A DNA stretch of 64,000 nt from a virus: the IMG/VR virus record IMGVR_UViG_3300028534_000015, positions 92,171 to 156,170 of that record, one strand, 5' to 3'. Positions 50,219 through 59,926 of this stretch are shown in pieces (the stretch's first letter is position 1; each line of letters starts with the position of its first letter). The notes under the pieces are model-generated. The model was given only the letters and a program-made list of their open reading frames with translations, was not told the DNA's origin and searched no databases. A program made the position numbers and the translations under genes.

Positions 50219-50761
50219 TTATACTATACTGATGAACGCATCTCTTATAGGTTTTATAAGAAAATTATTCTCTTCAGCTTTTTTGAGTATATAAGCATAA
50301 AGCTCAACTAATAAAGTTTTATCACCTGTTAAGATATAACTAACAAGGGTATCGCTTACTTTTACCATAATAAAACCATTTGTAATAGATATTTCATATC
50401 CGTCTTTTTCTAATGTTTTATCATCACCCAACGCTTTTTTTATAGCTTCTTCTTTATCGTACGGTCTGCGTTCAACATCACAAACGTTTTTCTCTTCGTA
50501 TGAGATTCTATTCAAAAGTCTATCAAAGTCCTTATCGGTATCGAAACTTTTTAACACGGTTCCATTTATCCAAAGATTTGATTTTCCTAAAAGTTTACAT
50601 ACAAAATCAAATTTTGCTGTTCTGTCAAAATTACCTTTACCTAGTTTCTCTAGGAGGTAATCTACATTTTCTGCTCTTGCTTCTGTGATAAGTTTGTCAA
50701 TCGTTAAACCTTGAACTTTCATCATCTTTAATGTGCTCTCTGGCACAAATAGTATTTCCAT
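50219..50761 (-). CDS. Hypothetical, phiKZ gp119-like by position
   Basis: 180 aa between DnaB and capsid genes. Confidence 0.55.
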   Translation of the reverse strand: MEILFVPESTLKMMKVQGLTIDKLITEARAENVDYLLEKLGKGNFDRTAKFDFVCKLLGKSNLWINGTVLKSFDTDKDFDRLLNRISYEEKNVCDVERRPYDKEEAIKKALGDDKTLEKDGYEISITNGFIMVKVSDTLVSYILTGDKTLLVELYAYILKKAEENNFLIKPIRDAFISIV

Positions 50762-50843
50762 TTAAAATCCTTTATTAAAACTCATTTAAAAAATCTCACC
50801 ATACTGTTTTACAATGAAAGCAGAACATAAAAAGGACACACAT

Positions 50844-52346
50844 ATGGAAAGTATTAATATACTTTTATCAGTTATACGTCTTCTATTTTTAGAGCGTATT
50901 GATTATGAAAAAACAAACAACGACAGCAGAGACGTTATTAAAGAACTCATAGAGCTTATGGGATCGTTAGGAAAGAACTTTAAAAATAAGAATAGTGAAA
51001 AAATTGAGTTTCTTATGTCGTATGTTCTATCACTTGTTGAAGAATTTGACAACAACCATTATGACATAGAACACATCAAACAATCATTGTCTGATATTCT
51101 TGGCGAAGACAAAAAGGTTGACAGCCTTGTTGAGTCTTTAAAAGAACAACTAAGTGATGATGAACGAACAGAAAGTATATTAAGAATACGCGGCATCATC
51201 AACACACATAAGAAAAAACTTCTACTTAAATCTTTTGCAAATAAACTTCAAAAAGACACAAGTAATGGTTTTAAAGGAATTGGTAACTTTAATGAATATA
51301 TAGAAAACAATATCAACTTCTTTGAAGAATTAAGTGGTGGCGATGTTGAACATGATACAAATATCAAAAGTAGTTTTTCTATTTCTGATACAGAAAGTTT
51401 ATCAGAAACCATTGAAAAATTAGGAGATGAAAAAAATAACGGCTTTCTACTTAAAACAGGTTTCAGAAGATTAAATACTGTTCTTGATGGCGGTTTTAGA
51501 CGAGGTGAACTTGCTATGGTTGCTTCTAGAGAGGGCGGATATAAATCAGGTTTCTCTAGAAGTACATTCATTCAAACACTTACAGAAAATGCACCAAAAA
51601 CAAAAGACCCTAACAAAAAACCTTTGGCTATAATTTACAGTTTTGAAGATAATGAAAGAATTATTCTTAAATTCTTATATGAATACTTCAAATCTTGTGA
51701 GGGCAAAACAGATAAGATCGAGGGCGTTCCGTCTAGAGAAGCTGCGGAATATATTAAAAGTGAAGCGCTTAAAAATGGCTGGTATCTTGAAATTCTTGTT
51801 GTTGATCCATCTAACTGGGGATTTCGTGATGTCTTTAACAACATTGAGTATTGGGAAACCCAAGGATATGAAGTTGTATCTGTTCTTTTAGATTATATTT
51901 CTCTTTTAAACAAAAAAGGTTGTAAAGGAACAGGAACTACGGGTTCAGAAACAAGAGAGCTTTTCAGACGCATTGGAAATTACGGAAGAGCAAAAGATAT
52001 CTTTATGTATTCACCGCATCAATCGAGTAGTGCTGTTAAAAGTCTACTAGATAACGGAGCAGAAGAAAGTGAAATTCTGAAGCTAATATATGGTAGATCA
52101 TATTATGCGGATAGTAGACAAATCTCACAAGAGTTAGATGTCTCTATTCTTACTTACCCTGTTATGCATGAAGATGAGAAATATCTTCATATCGCTGTAG
52201 ATAAACATAGAGGTTATGTTTTGAATTACCAGAAAGCTTTCTGGTTTTACAAATTTCCAAAACACGATATGCCTATACCTAAAGACACACATACCAAAGA
52301 TATGTCTATAGAGTCATTAGGCGGTTCAAATACTGATTTATTTTAA
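50844..52346 (+). CDS. dnaB: DnaB-like replicative helicase, phiKZ gp118-like
   Basis: LKTGF..LN..L.GGFRRGE, Walker A GGYKSG, SFED, LDYI, SPHQ, QELD, DKHRG; start 50844 after AAGGA. Confidence 0.9.
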   Translation: MESINILLSVIRLLFLERIDYEKTNNDSRDVIKELIELMGSLGKNFKNKNSEKIEFLMSYVLSLVEEFDNNHYDIEHIKQSLSDILGEDKKVDSLVESLKEQLSDDERTESILRIRGIINTHKKKLLLKSFANKLQKDTSNGFKGIGNFNEYIENNINFFEELSGGDVEHDTNIKSSFSISDTESLSETIEKLGDEKNNGFLLKTGFRRLNTVLDGGFRRGELAMVASREGGYKSGFSRSTFIQTLTENAPKTKDPNKKPLAIIYSFEDNERIILKFLYEYFKSCEGKTDKIEGVPSREAAEYIKSEALKNGWYLEILVVDPSNWGFRDVFNNIEYWETQGYEVVSVLLDYISLLNKKGCKGTGTTGSETRELFRRIGNYGRAKDIFMYSPHQSSSAVKSLLDNGAEESEILKLIYGRSYYADSRQISQELDVSILTYPVMHEDEKYLHIAVDKHRGYVLNYQKAFWFYKFPKHDMPIPKDTHTKDMSIESLGGSNTDLF

Positions 52347-52367
52347 AAAGAAAGGAAAAATACGATT

Positions 52368-52757
52368 ATGAAAGTTTTAGATGCCGGGCATAAATACTTA
52401 CTTAAATGTAACGGATTAAAACCGGACGCGTGCAGTATTGAACTTGTTTTTTTCAAAGATCCTAAAATTCACGAAATAGGATATGATGGAACAACTATAC
52501 AAGAAGTTTTAAGAGCGTGTATAGATAGAGTAAAATTTTTTGACCTCAATTGTAGTGATAATACTATGAAGATAACAGACGACTTACTTAATCATCTGCG
52601 TTCCGCGTTAGCTTTATTAGAAAAAAGACATATTGACAGATGGGTTCAGTTAGGATACCTGATAGAAGATATAGAATTAAACGGAGCAAACGATCACTTT
52701 ATACCTAACAAATCTCTCTATCTTAAAAACACTGAAAAGGATACATCTCATGAATAA
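52368..52757 (+). CDS. Tad1-like putative anti-defence signal-sponge protein
   Basis: GHKY...LVFFK...GTTIQEVL...IDRV..F...LNHLRSALALLEKRHIDR aligns by eye with the Tad1 pattern HxY...I.FQKG...G....LL....DRL..F...LTH.EEAL.W...R..DR. Confidence 0.6.
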   Translation: MKVLDAGHKYLLKCNGLKPDACSIELVFFKDPKIHEIGYDGTTIQEVLRACIDRVKFFDLNCSDNTMKITDDLLNHLRSALALLEKRHIDRWVQLGYLIEDIELNGANDHFIPNKSLYLKNTEKDTSHE

Positions 52758-53169
52758 TTTACTTTATTCACTTATTTTCGACTCTGTTAAACAGGATAAA
52801 GATTTGTTAGCTGTTATCACTAAGGAAGAGGAAGTTATTCGACTTCTTCCTTATCATATTGTTAACAAATTCTTTAAACAGAAATTAAAGAAGGGATTAC
52901 AGGATAACCCAAATAAGTATGTGAGTTATATATCACAATTCACTAACACGGAATATTTAGAAACAAACCAAAAGATATATGAAGAGCTTGTTTCTGAATT
53001 GAACATTTTACACTATTTAAACCCGAATGATTTTTTTGCGGACGGGTTCGAAAAAGCTTTGAGTTTCGATGACGTCATACGCGGTGAGTATGAAGACACT
53101 ATTGACATCATAGCTATAGTTGTCTATATAGAATTTAAAAAATCAATACGAACACATTTAGGAGATTAA
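52750..53169 (+). CDS. Hypothetical protein
   Basis: 139 aa, overlaps upstream stop. Confidence 0.55.
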   Translation: MNNLLYSLIFDSVKQDKDLLAVITKEEEVIRLLPYHIVNKFFKQKLKKGLQDNPNKYVSYISQFTNTEYLETNQKIYEELVSELNILHYLNPNDFFADGFEKALSFDDVIRGEYEDTIDIIAIVVYIEFKKSIRTHLGD

Positions 53170-53172
53170 AAA

Positions 53173-53661
53173 ATGATTATTGCTTTAGGAAAAGACGATA
53201 GAGTTGGAAAAGATACTGTTTTTAAAATTATTAAAAAGACGATAGACAGTGCTGAAAGATTTTCGTTTGGTGATGTTGCTAAAAAATTTTACGCCAACTC
53301 ACTTGGTATAGACGTAGATGAGTTAGAATTCTTGATAAAAAACGATCCATATTATAGATCAGGAATTAGAAGTTTCTCTAAAGAATGCGTTAAAGAGAAT
53401 AAACGTATTTTTACAGATCCTATTTTGAATAAAATTAAACAATCTAATTCTCCTATAAAGGTTGTAACAGATCTTCGTTTTACTCATGAATTGGAAGCAT
53501 TAAAAGAATTAGATGAAGTATTGCATACGGTTCTTATCCTAAAAGATGGTGCAGTTGGGAATAGTAACTTATCTGATTCTGATTTTGAATTTGTTATTTC
53601 TAATAACGGAACTTTAGATGATCTAGAACGAGAAATAATATTTCTTTTACACGGACTTTAA
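53173..53661 (+). CDS. Deoxynucleoside monophosphate kinase-like P-loop kinase
   Basis: GKDDRVGKDT, FGD..K, VVTDLRF..E, ISNNGTLDDL motifs. Confidence 0.8.
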   Translation: MIIALGKDDRVGKDTVFKIIKKTIDSAERFSFGDVAKKFYANSLGIDVDELEFLIKNDPYYRSGIRSFSKECVKENKRIFTDPILNKIKQSNSPIKVVTDLRFTHELEALKELDEVLHTVLILKDGAVGNSNLSDSDFEFVISNNGTLDDLEREIIFLLHGL

Positions 53662-53688
53662 CTACTATGGTCATTAGACCATAGTAGT
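53661..53688 (+). terminator. Hairpin
   Basis: ACTACTATGGTC-ATTA-GACCATAGTAGT right after the stop. Confidence 0.6.
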
Positions 53689-53725
53689 GAAGTTTTATAT
53701 TGATTAACTTAATAAAAGGCAAATT

Positions 53726-53959
53726 GTGGAAAATGCAATAAACACAACAAAAAATTTCTTTATGTTTATAAAAGAAATTTATGTCAATGTACTCATCTTC
53801 ATTGCGTCGTTATATGTCGCAGCTAAAGAGAGTCCGATGGCATTTTTGGCTGGAGGGTTATTAGTTTTAGGACTTGTCATATTTTATGTTCTTATTTTAA
53901 AGGTTTTGTATGGAAGAAGAAAAAGAGGAGGTACGCGTAGACAAAAAGAAAAAAGATGA
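53726..53959 (+). CDS. Small two-TM membrane protein with basic tail (holin candidate)
   Basis: 77 aa, GTG start; two hydrophobic helices; RRKRGGTRRQKEKR tail. Confidence 0.5.
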   Translation: MENAINTTKNFFMFIKEIYVNVLIFIASLYVAAKESPMAFLAGGLLVLGLVIFYVLILKVLYGRRKRGGTRRQKEKR

Positions 53960-54176
53960 CGAAGAAATCTTAAGGATTTTTTCTTTAGTTGTCATCCTGT
54001 CTGTTGTAATTGCTGATTATCTAGGATATCAATCACAATACAGTAGTTTTCTTCTTGGTGGCTCAGCTACAGTCTACGCTTTAGGTAGAAAAGGTTTACT
54101 CATAATTATCGCTAAGGCGACTGGTTATAGTATAAAAGAAATAGATGATTTCATTTATAAGAAAAAAGACAGGTAA
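53910..54176 (+). CDS. Small membrane protein (holin/antiholin candidate)
   Basis: 88 aa; hydrophobic helices and charged termini; overlaps the previous ORF. Confidence 0.5.
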   Translation: MEEEKEEVRVDKKKKDDEEILRIFSLVVILSVVIADYLGYQSQYSSFLLGGSATVYALGRKGLLIIIAKATGYSIKEIDDFIYKKKDR

Positions 54177-54202
54177 CTATGTGGCGTTTGCCACATAGTT
54201 AC
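54173..54202. terminator. Hairpin at a convergent gene junction
   Basis: GTAACTATGTGGC-GTTT-GCCACATAGTTAC. Confidence 0.7.
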
Positions 54203-54909
54203 TATTCGTTTTCTGTTTTCTCTTGTTCTGTTTTCGGAGCTTCTTCGTTTTTATCTTCTTCTGTTAGCTCATCTTGCTGACGCTTTGATTCCATGTATGC
54301 TTTTCTTTGTGCTTCCTCTTCTTGTTTTACTTTAACGAACACATTAAAGTGCTTCTCGAAGATAGGTTCAACGTAAACAAGTTTTGACTCATCAAAATCT
54401 TTAAAGTTATTCTTAACAGATTTTGATAGAATGCCCCCTGTTTCGTTATCTACTCTAATAACAAACATAGGAATCTTTTCTAAATCTTCTTCTTTAGTGA
54501 TTACTGTATCGGCTCGATGAATGTATACGATACTTTCTTTTTCTCCAATTACAAAAGTGGATAGACAAACACCTGAAGTAATTTCTCTAACGATTGTTTG
54601 GCAAGGATTTAGATCAGGTAAGACATGTCTCATATTGTTAGCGATAACATTTGCGATAGACTTCGCATTAACGTCTAATGCCCCAGCTTCTCTAAGTTCG
54701 AGTCCGAATTTACCTAAGAAAAGAGAAATAGAGTATAATAGTACGTCAGGCTCTACACTTTCTTCTTTAGCCGCTACTTCTCGATAACCTGCATAGAGTC
54801 TGTTTATCTTCTCTTGCTTAATCTTTAGAATTTTTTGCTTTTGTTTTTCCTCATCATGAACTTCTTCTTTTGTTTCTACAGTTTCTGGTTGCGGTTGTTG
54901 TTCTGACAT
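54202..54909 (-). CDS. Hypothetical protein
   Basis: 235 aa, charged termini, AAGGA RBS. Confidence 0.6.
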   Translation of the reverse strand: MSEQQPQPETVETKEEVHDEEKQKQKILKIKQEKINRLYAGYREVAAKEESVEPDVLLYSISLFLGKFGLELREAGALDVNAKSIANVIANNMRHVLPDLNPCQTIVREITSGVCLSTFVIGEKESIVYIHRADTVITKEEDLEKIPMFVIRVDNETGGILSKSVKNNFKDFDESKLVYVEPIFEKHFNVFVKVKQEEEAQRKAYMESKRQQDELTEEDKNEEAPKTEQEKTENE

Positions 54910-54952
54910 TATTTTTTCCTTTTATGATTTTATGCAATTAATATAACACTTA

Positions 54953-56041
54953 TTAAATAATTATAGGTATTAAATCTCCTCTTAATGTAACGTTTACTTT
55001 AGACCCTATTTCTAAACCTTTTGCTTTTATATACGAAGGCGAATGAACATTTACCTTATTAATTTCTCTACCACTTAAAACAACAGGCTCAATAATTGCA
55101 ACATAAGATTTTCCTTTGGGTACGTCTTTAACTATTATCTCTTTAATGATAGAAATTTTTGAAGGAGACTTAAACTTAAGCGCTATTGCGCCTAACATAT
55201 AATTTTTTGTTTTACCTGCTAAAAGATATAATTCTGGATTTGATATTGAAATAACAATGCCGTCTTTTTTATATCCTTTATCACGAGCTTTGTATTGATC
55301 TTTATAAAAATTCATGATATCTTTTTCAAGATGTTCAGAATTAGATTTAATCACTACAAATTTTATTTCGTGTTTTCTATTCATCAACATCAAAACTGTT
55401 GGTAAGTCTTTTTTGTGTTTAGATGAAATAGAATGAAACACAACATCTAAAAGATTTAATTGTTCTTCAATATGGTCTTTTTGTGATAGTACTGATGTAA
55501 CAGCTGTTAATTTTGATGAGAATGATTTTCCCGATATTGCTTTTAGCTGTTTTAAATTTTTATCACTTATTAAAACCTCTGCGTCTAGATGCATGTCTTT
55601 TATCTCTAAATTATCAGGTAACAATAACGGAACTCTATTTATCAACTTGTCTGTTATAGAAATTTGACCTTTATTAGATCTAGTTTTTAATAAAACATGT
55701 TTTAGAAGTTTATCCTCATAAACAACTCTTACTCTTACACCATCAAATTTTGGTGATAAAACTAAAGAAAAATGGGTATTTATCTTTCTTTCAATGCCTT
55801 TTATCCACGTTATTATATTACTAATATCGTAAGTCTTTTTTAAAGACAGTACTGGAACATCGATAAAAACCTTTTCTCTTTTACCTAACGAAACAGCAGA
55901 ATGATTAAATTCTTTTCCTGTTCGCTTCTCTATTTCTTCGACCAATGCGTCATACTCACGGTCAGAGAGCTTCGTCTCTGATCCGTTATTGTATAATTTA
56001 TCGCATTCTTCCATTAAACGTAATGCTTCATTGAAATTCAT
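54953..56041 (-). CDS. ligA: Minimal NAD+-dependent DNA ligase (domain Ia, adenylation and OB only)
   Basis: YNNG...LSDREYD, LSLKK, PKFDG (motif I), AEV, DGIVI, AIALKF, EPVVLSG, RGDLIP then stop; 362 aa. Confidence 0.85.
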   Translation of the reverse strand: MNFNEALRLMEECDKLYNNGSETKLSDREYDALVEEIEKRTGKEFNHSAVSLGKREKVFIDVPVLSLKKTYDISNIITWIKGIERKINTHFSLVLSPKFDGVRVRVVYEDKLLKHVLLKTRSNKGQISITDKLINRVPLLLPDNLEIKDMHLDAEVLISDKNLKQLKAISGKSFSSKLTAVTSVLSQKDHIEEQLNLLDVVFHSISSKHKKDLPTVLMLMNRKHEIKFVVIKSNSEHLEKDIMNFYKDQYKARDKGYKKDGIVISISNPELYLLAGKTKNYMLGAIALKFKSPSKISIIKEIIVKDVPKGKSYVAIIEPVVLSGREINKVNVHSPSYIKAKGLEIGSKVNVTLRGDLIPIII

Positions 56042-56831
56042 TAGGTATTTCCTCGTTAAGGAGAAGTTCTTTATACTCTTTCGGTAAAGACTCTTCCATT
56101 TTTTTAGCGAGTACTCTAATTTGTTCCCAAGCCGATCCGGAGTTTCTAAGATTATAGAAATTCATAAAACTCCTCATGTTGATCTTCATTACAACATCTG
56201 TCGAGAAGGCATCAGAGATAAGCATCTTAAACGGATCTCCTGCGTTACGTTTATTTTTGGATTTCATGAATACTTCAAAATCCTCATTTAAATTCCCAAT
56301 AGCCTCTTTTGATAAAACTTTAGATAACATATCAGGATCGCTTTTAAGAATTTCTCTAAATTCGGTAATGAAGTTTTGATATTTCACAATACGTAATGTA
56401 TTGTCATCAGACAACACGAACATGTCTGGAAAATACTCCATGAACTTCGTAGCGTTTGGTCCGTTTAATGTATTGTAAATATACCAAATAAGATATTTAA
56501 CTACTTCAGATAGCGTGTATCTTGTTGACTTAACAGCGTATGACGCAATTCTATGCCTTGCTAATTCCTGTAAAACACCTCTTGACGTTCCTTCGATAAA
56601 GAAAATCATATCGGCGAATTCTGCCATAGCAGTGTGGAAGTTAACATGTGTTAGATTTCTGATAAACTTGGTATCAAAATCATTTTCTTTCTTAAGTTCT
56701 TTTGTGTCTTTAAAAGATTTTACTGATTCGTTGACTGATTTATCGAACGAGTCATACGCATTTCTAGCTGCAATTTCCACTACCTCTATAGGTATTGTGT
56801 GTATAAGTGTTACTTTTGGTTCTTTAAACAA
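56028..56831 (-). CDS. thyX: Flavin-dependent thymidylate synthase
   Basis: SRGVLQELARHRIASYAVKSTRY (RHRx7S), INMRS..NF..LR...A..QIR.LA. Confidence 0.93.
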   Translation of the reverse strand: MFKEPKVTLIHTIPIEVVEIAARNAYDSFDKSVNESVKSFKDTKELKKENDFDTKFIRNLTHVNFHTAMAEFADMIFFIEGTSRGVLQELARHRIASYAVKSTRYTLSEVVKYLIWYIYNTLNGPNATKFMEYFPDMFVLSDDNTLRIVKYQNFITEFREILKSDPDMLSKVLSKEAIGNLNEDFEVFMKSKNKRNAGDPFKMLISDAFSTDVVMKINMRSFMNFYNLRNSGSAWEQIRVLAKKMEESLPKEYKELLLNEEIPNEFQ

Positions 56832-57504
56832 AACGTGCTTCCTTATTAAGTTTATATAACGACTCCAACTTTTTATAGAGACTATTAAAATCCCATTTTG
56901 GACATTCCTGCATTAAATCTGTAAGAATATAATTATCTTCTTTCATAAAATAACGACCTTTTACATTCCAAATCTTTTTGTATGTTCCATCAACATATCC
57001 GTTTTTCATTCTGAAAGTATTGAGTACCAGTTTTCCTTTGTATAGTTCAATAAGATCATCTGTTGACATACCGATATTATGTGCTAATCTAACAACATCT
57101 GTTAGAATGTCTACAGACTTAAACATCTTATTTGCAAAGAATATAATAGATGTTTCGTCTATTTTTTCAGCCGGTTTCTCGTTTAGTACATTAAAGAAAT
57201 CATTAGATACACTCACACGCGCGTAATTCATTTTTCTAACGATGAAATCCGATAATGCAAAGAATAAAAGATCAACAACTTCCATCTTTGCATTTTCAAA
57301 ATCAACACTTCCTTTTTTCCAGTGCTTCCAGTCAAAAGAATCAATAAATTCAGCCAACTCCATATTGAAACAAAGTTGATAGTCAATTCTTTTACCGTTG
57401 TAAGTAACTAGATCAAATACGTAATTTTCGTTCCCTGTGGACAACTTATTTAAGTCATCCTGTTTAATTAAAAGTTCTGAAAAAACTTTTTCATAATCAT
57501 TCAT
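56824..57504 (-). CDS. dut: Dimeric all-alpha dUTPase (Campylobacter type)
   Basis: [37 protein letters not shown] motifs. Confidence 0.9.
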   Translation of the reverse strand: MNDYEKVFSELLIKQDDLNKLSTGNENYVFDLVTYNGKRIDYQLCFNMELAEFIDSFDWKHWKKGSVDFENAKMEVVDLLFFALSDFIVRKMNYARVSVSNDFFNVLNEKPAEKIDETSIIFFANKMFKSVDILTDVVRLAHNIGMSTDDLIELYKGKLVLNTFRMKNGYVDGTYKKIWNVKGRYFMKEDNYILTDLMQECPKWDFNSLYKKLESLYKLNKEARFV

Positions 57505-59926
57505 TTTCCTTTTCCTTTTTTGGTGTTTTAGACGCTGCTACAACAGTGTCATCTTTCGAGAGTTTTATTACCCTAACTCCCATAGCTTGTCTTGAAAGTT
57601 TTGATATCTGCCCTACAGGTATTCTAACTGTTAACCCTGATCTTGTTAGCAGCATTACGTCATCATTCTCAGATACTTTAACAGTTGTGACGACTTTGCC
57701 TGTCTTCTTATTTAATGTTATCGCAATAACCCCATAGCCGCCATTACCTTGTGCTCTGAAATCTGCTGAACATAATACCTTTCCTATACCATTTTCTGTA
57801 ACAATGAAGATTCTGTCATTTCCGTCTGATACAGGAACTGCTCCAACTAACTCATCACCCGGATGCGTTCTCATAAATGTAACACCTCTTGTATTTCTAG
57901 ACAGATGTCTAAATGTATTTATTTTACATTTGAGTGCTTTTCCTTCTTTTGTAAAGGCTATGACATGTTTATCCTTCAACGTAGCTACAAACGCATTAAG
58001 AATCTGATCACCATCGCCAATTTTTATATCATTCGCTCCATTTGTTCTAAGCGTTTCATATTCTTTTAACGATGTCTTTTTGATAATTCCTTTCTTTGTA
58101 ATTATCACAAAACTATTGGTTTCTGAAAAAGACGAAACCGGTATGAAAACTTTAGGTTTTGACGAGGTTGTGATAAGGTTGACGATCGCTCTTCCTTTAG
58201 CTGTTTTCGATGCTTCTGGTATTGTATAAACTTTTAATGAATACACCCTACCGTCTTCTGTCAGGATAATTAAAGTATCATGACTATTTGCTGTGAAAAA
58301 GTCTGATACAAAATCATCATCATCGACTTTAACCGCTTTTGAACCTTTTCCATTCCTTGACTGCTGTCTAAAGGAGTTAATGTCCATACGTTTAACATAA
58401 CCTTTATATGTAATAGAAACTAATACAGGAATGTTAGGTATGATATCCTCTACAGAACGTTCTATATAATTCTCTTCAATTTGAGTTTTTCTTGTTCTGT
58501 GTAAAGTTCTAGAAATAATTTCATTTAATTCTTCTTCTATCACTCTATCGATATTCTCTGTAGAAGAAATAACACTCTCGTGATATTTAATTTCTTCTTC
58601 AAGCTCTTTTTTTCTTTGTTTAAGTTTTTCTGCTTCAAGACCTGTTAGTCTTTTTAGTTGCATCGATAAAATGACGTCACACTGTACTGGTGTGAATTTC
58701 ATTTTTGTCATTAGAGTTGCTTTAGCAATCTCTGTTGTTTTAGACGCCTTTATGAGCTTTATAATCTTATCAATCATACTTGTTGCTTTAATAAGTCCGA
58801 TTGTTTTTTCCAATCTATCTTTAGCGACTCTTATAAACTCTATAGATCTTTTTATGATAACAGATCTTCTAAAGTTTACAAATTCTGTAAAATACTCGAT
58901 AAGGTTAAATATTTTAGGTTCGTCTTTAAGAATTGCTCTGAACTTTGTTGAAAATGTTGTTTCCAAAGCAGTCTTTTGGAAAAGATTGTTTAAGATAATT
59001 TCTTTAGGTAGATCACCTTTAAGTTCAACAACAATTCTAATACCGTGTCTGTCTGATTCATCTCTTACAGTCTTTATTCCCTTAATGTCTTTTGAGTTAC
59101 CAAGATCTGCTATGTGAGAAACAAGTTTCGCTTTATTAACAGCATATGGTAGTTCTGTTATGATAATCGCGTCATGTCGTTTGATTTTCTCAAACGCTGT
59201 TTTAGCTCTTATCTTTATGCTACCCTGACCAGTTTTAGCATAGTCTAATATACCTTTTTTTCCGAATATAATTCCGCCTGTTGGAAAGTCTGGTCCGTGG
59301 AAATCTTTAAATATATTCTCCCATGTTGGAATTTTACCAAATAAAAATTTCTTTGCCGTTACACAAACCTCAACAATGTTATGTGGCGGTATTACTGTAG
59401 ACATACCTACTGCAATTCCATTACCGCCATTTACAAGCAAATTCGGATATTGCACAGGCAGTACTTTTGGTTCTAATTCTGAATCATCATAGTTAGGAAT
59501 AAAACTTACTGTTCTATATTCAATATCTGCAAAGAACGTTTCTACAATACCTTCAGGTCTTACTTCTGTATACCTCATAGCAGCAGGATTATCTCCGTCT
59601 ATTGAGCCGAAGTTTCCCTGTCCGTCTACAAGAGGTATAGACATAGTAAAATCTTGTGCCATACCTACCATTGCGTCATATACACTTGTATCGCCATGTG
59701 GGTGATATTTACCGATAACATCGCCCACAACTCTAGCTGATTTTTTATATGCTGATTTCTTAGTAATTCCTAAATCATACATTGCATATAAAATTCTTCT
59801 GTGAACAGGTTTAAGTCCGTCATGAACACTTGGAAGTGCTCTATCGACTATTACAGATAAACTATATGTCAAATAAGCATCTTCCATGTGTCTTTTTATA
59901 TCTATGGTTTCTTTTTTAGAGTCCAT
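57497..59926 (-). CDS. gyrA: DNA gyrase subunit A, full length with C-terminal pinwheel
   Basis: [33 protein letters not shown] (catalytic Tyr), GyrA-box-like QSRNGKG, repeated CTD blades; start 59926 after AAAGGA. Confidence 0.95.
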   Translation of the reverse strand: MDSKKETIDIKRHMEDAYLTYSLSVIVDRALPSVHDGLKPVHRRILYAMYDLGITKKSAYKKSARVVGDVIGKYHPHGDTSVYDAMVGMAQDFTMSIPLVDGQGNFGSIDGDNPAAMRYTEVRPEGIVETFFADIEYRTVSFIPNYDDSELEPKVLPVQYPNLLVNGGNGIAVGMSTVIPPHNIVEVCVTAKKFLFGKIPTWENIFKDFHGPDFPTGGIIFGKKGILDYAKTGQGSIKIRAKTAFEKIKRHDAIIITELPYAVNKAKLVSHIADLGNSKDIKGIKTVRDESDRHGIRIVVELKGDLPKEIILNNLFQKTALETTFSTKFRAILKDEPKIFNLIEYFTEFVNFRRSVIIKRSIEFIRVAKDRLEKTIGLIKATSMIDKIIKLIKASKTTEIAKATLMTKMKFTPVQCDVILSMQLKRLTGLEAEKLKQRKKELEEEIKYHESVISSTENIDRVIEEELNEIISRTLHRTRKTQIEENYIERSVEDIIPNIPVLVSITYKGYVKRMDINSFRQQSRNGKGSKAVKVDDDDFVSDFFTANSHDTLIILTEDGRVYSLKVYTIPEASKTAKGRAIVNLITTSSKPKVFIPVSSFSETNSFVIITKKGIIKKTSLKEYETLRTNGANDIKIGDGDQILNAFVATLKDKHVIAFTKEGKALKCKINTFRHLSRNTRGVTFMRTHPGDELVGAVPVSDGNDRIFIVTENGIGKVLCSADFRAQGNGGYGVIAITLNKKTGKVVTTVKVSENDDVMLLTRSGLTVRIPVGQISKLSRQAMGVRVIKLSKDDTVVAASKTPKKEKENE

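Noticed and set aside
6720-59926. Introns or inteins in terminase, RNAP subunits, DnaB or GyrA
   Set aside because: Lengths are ordinary, ORFs are continuous, and no intein splice motifs or embedded LAGLIDADG domains were seen.
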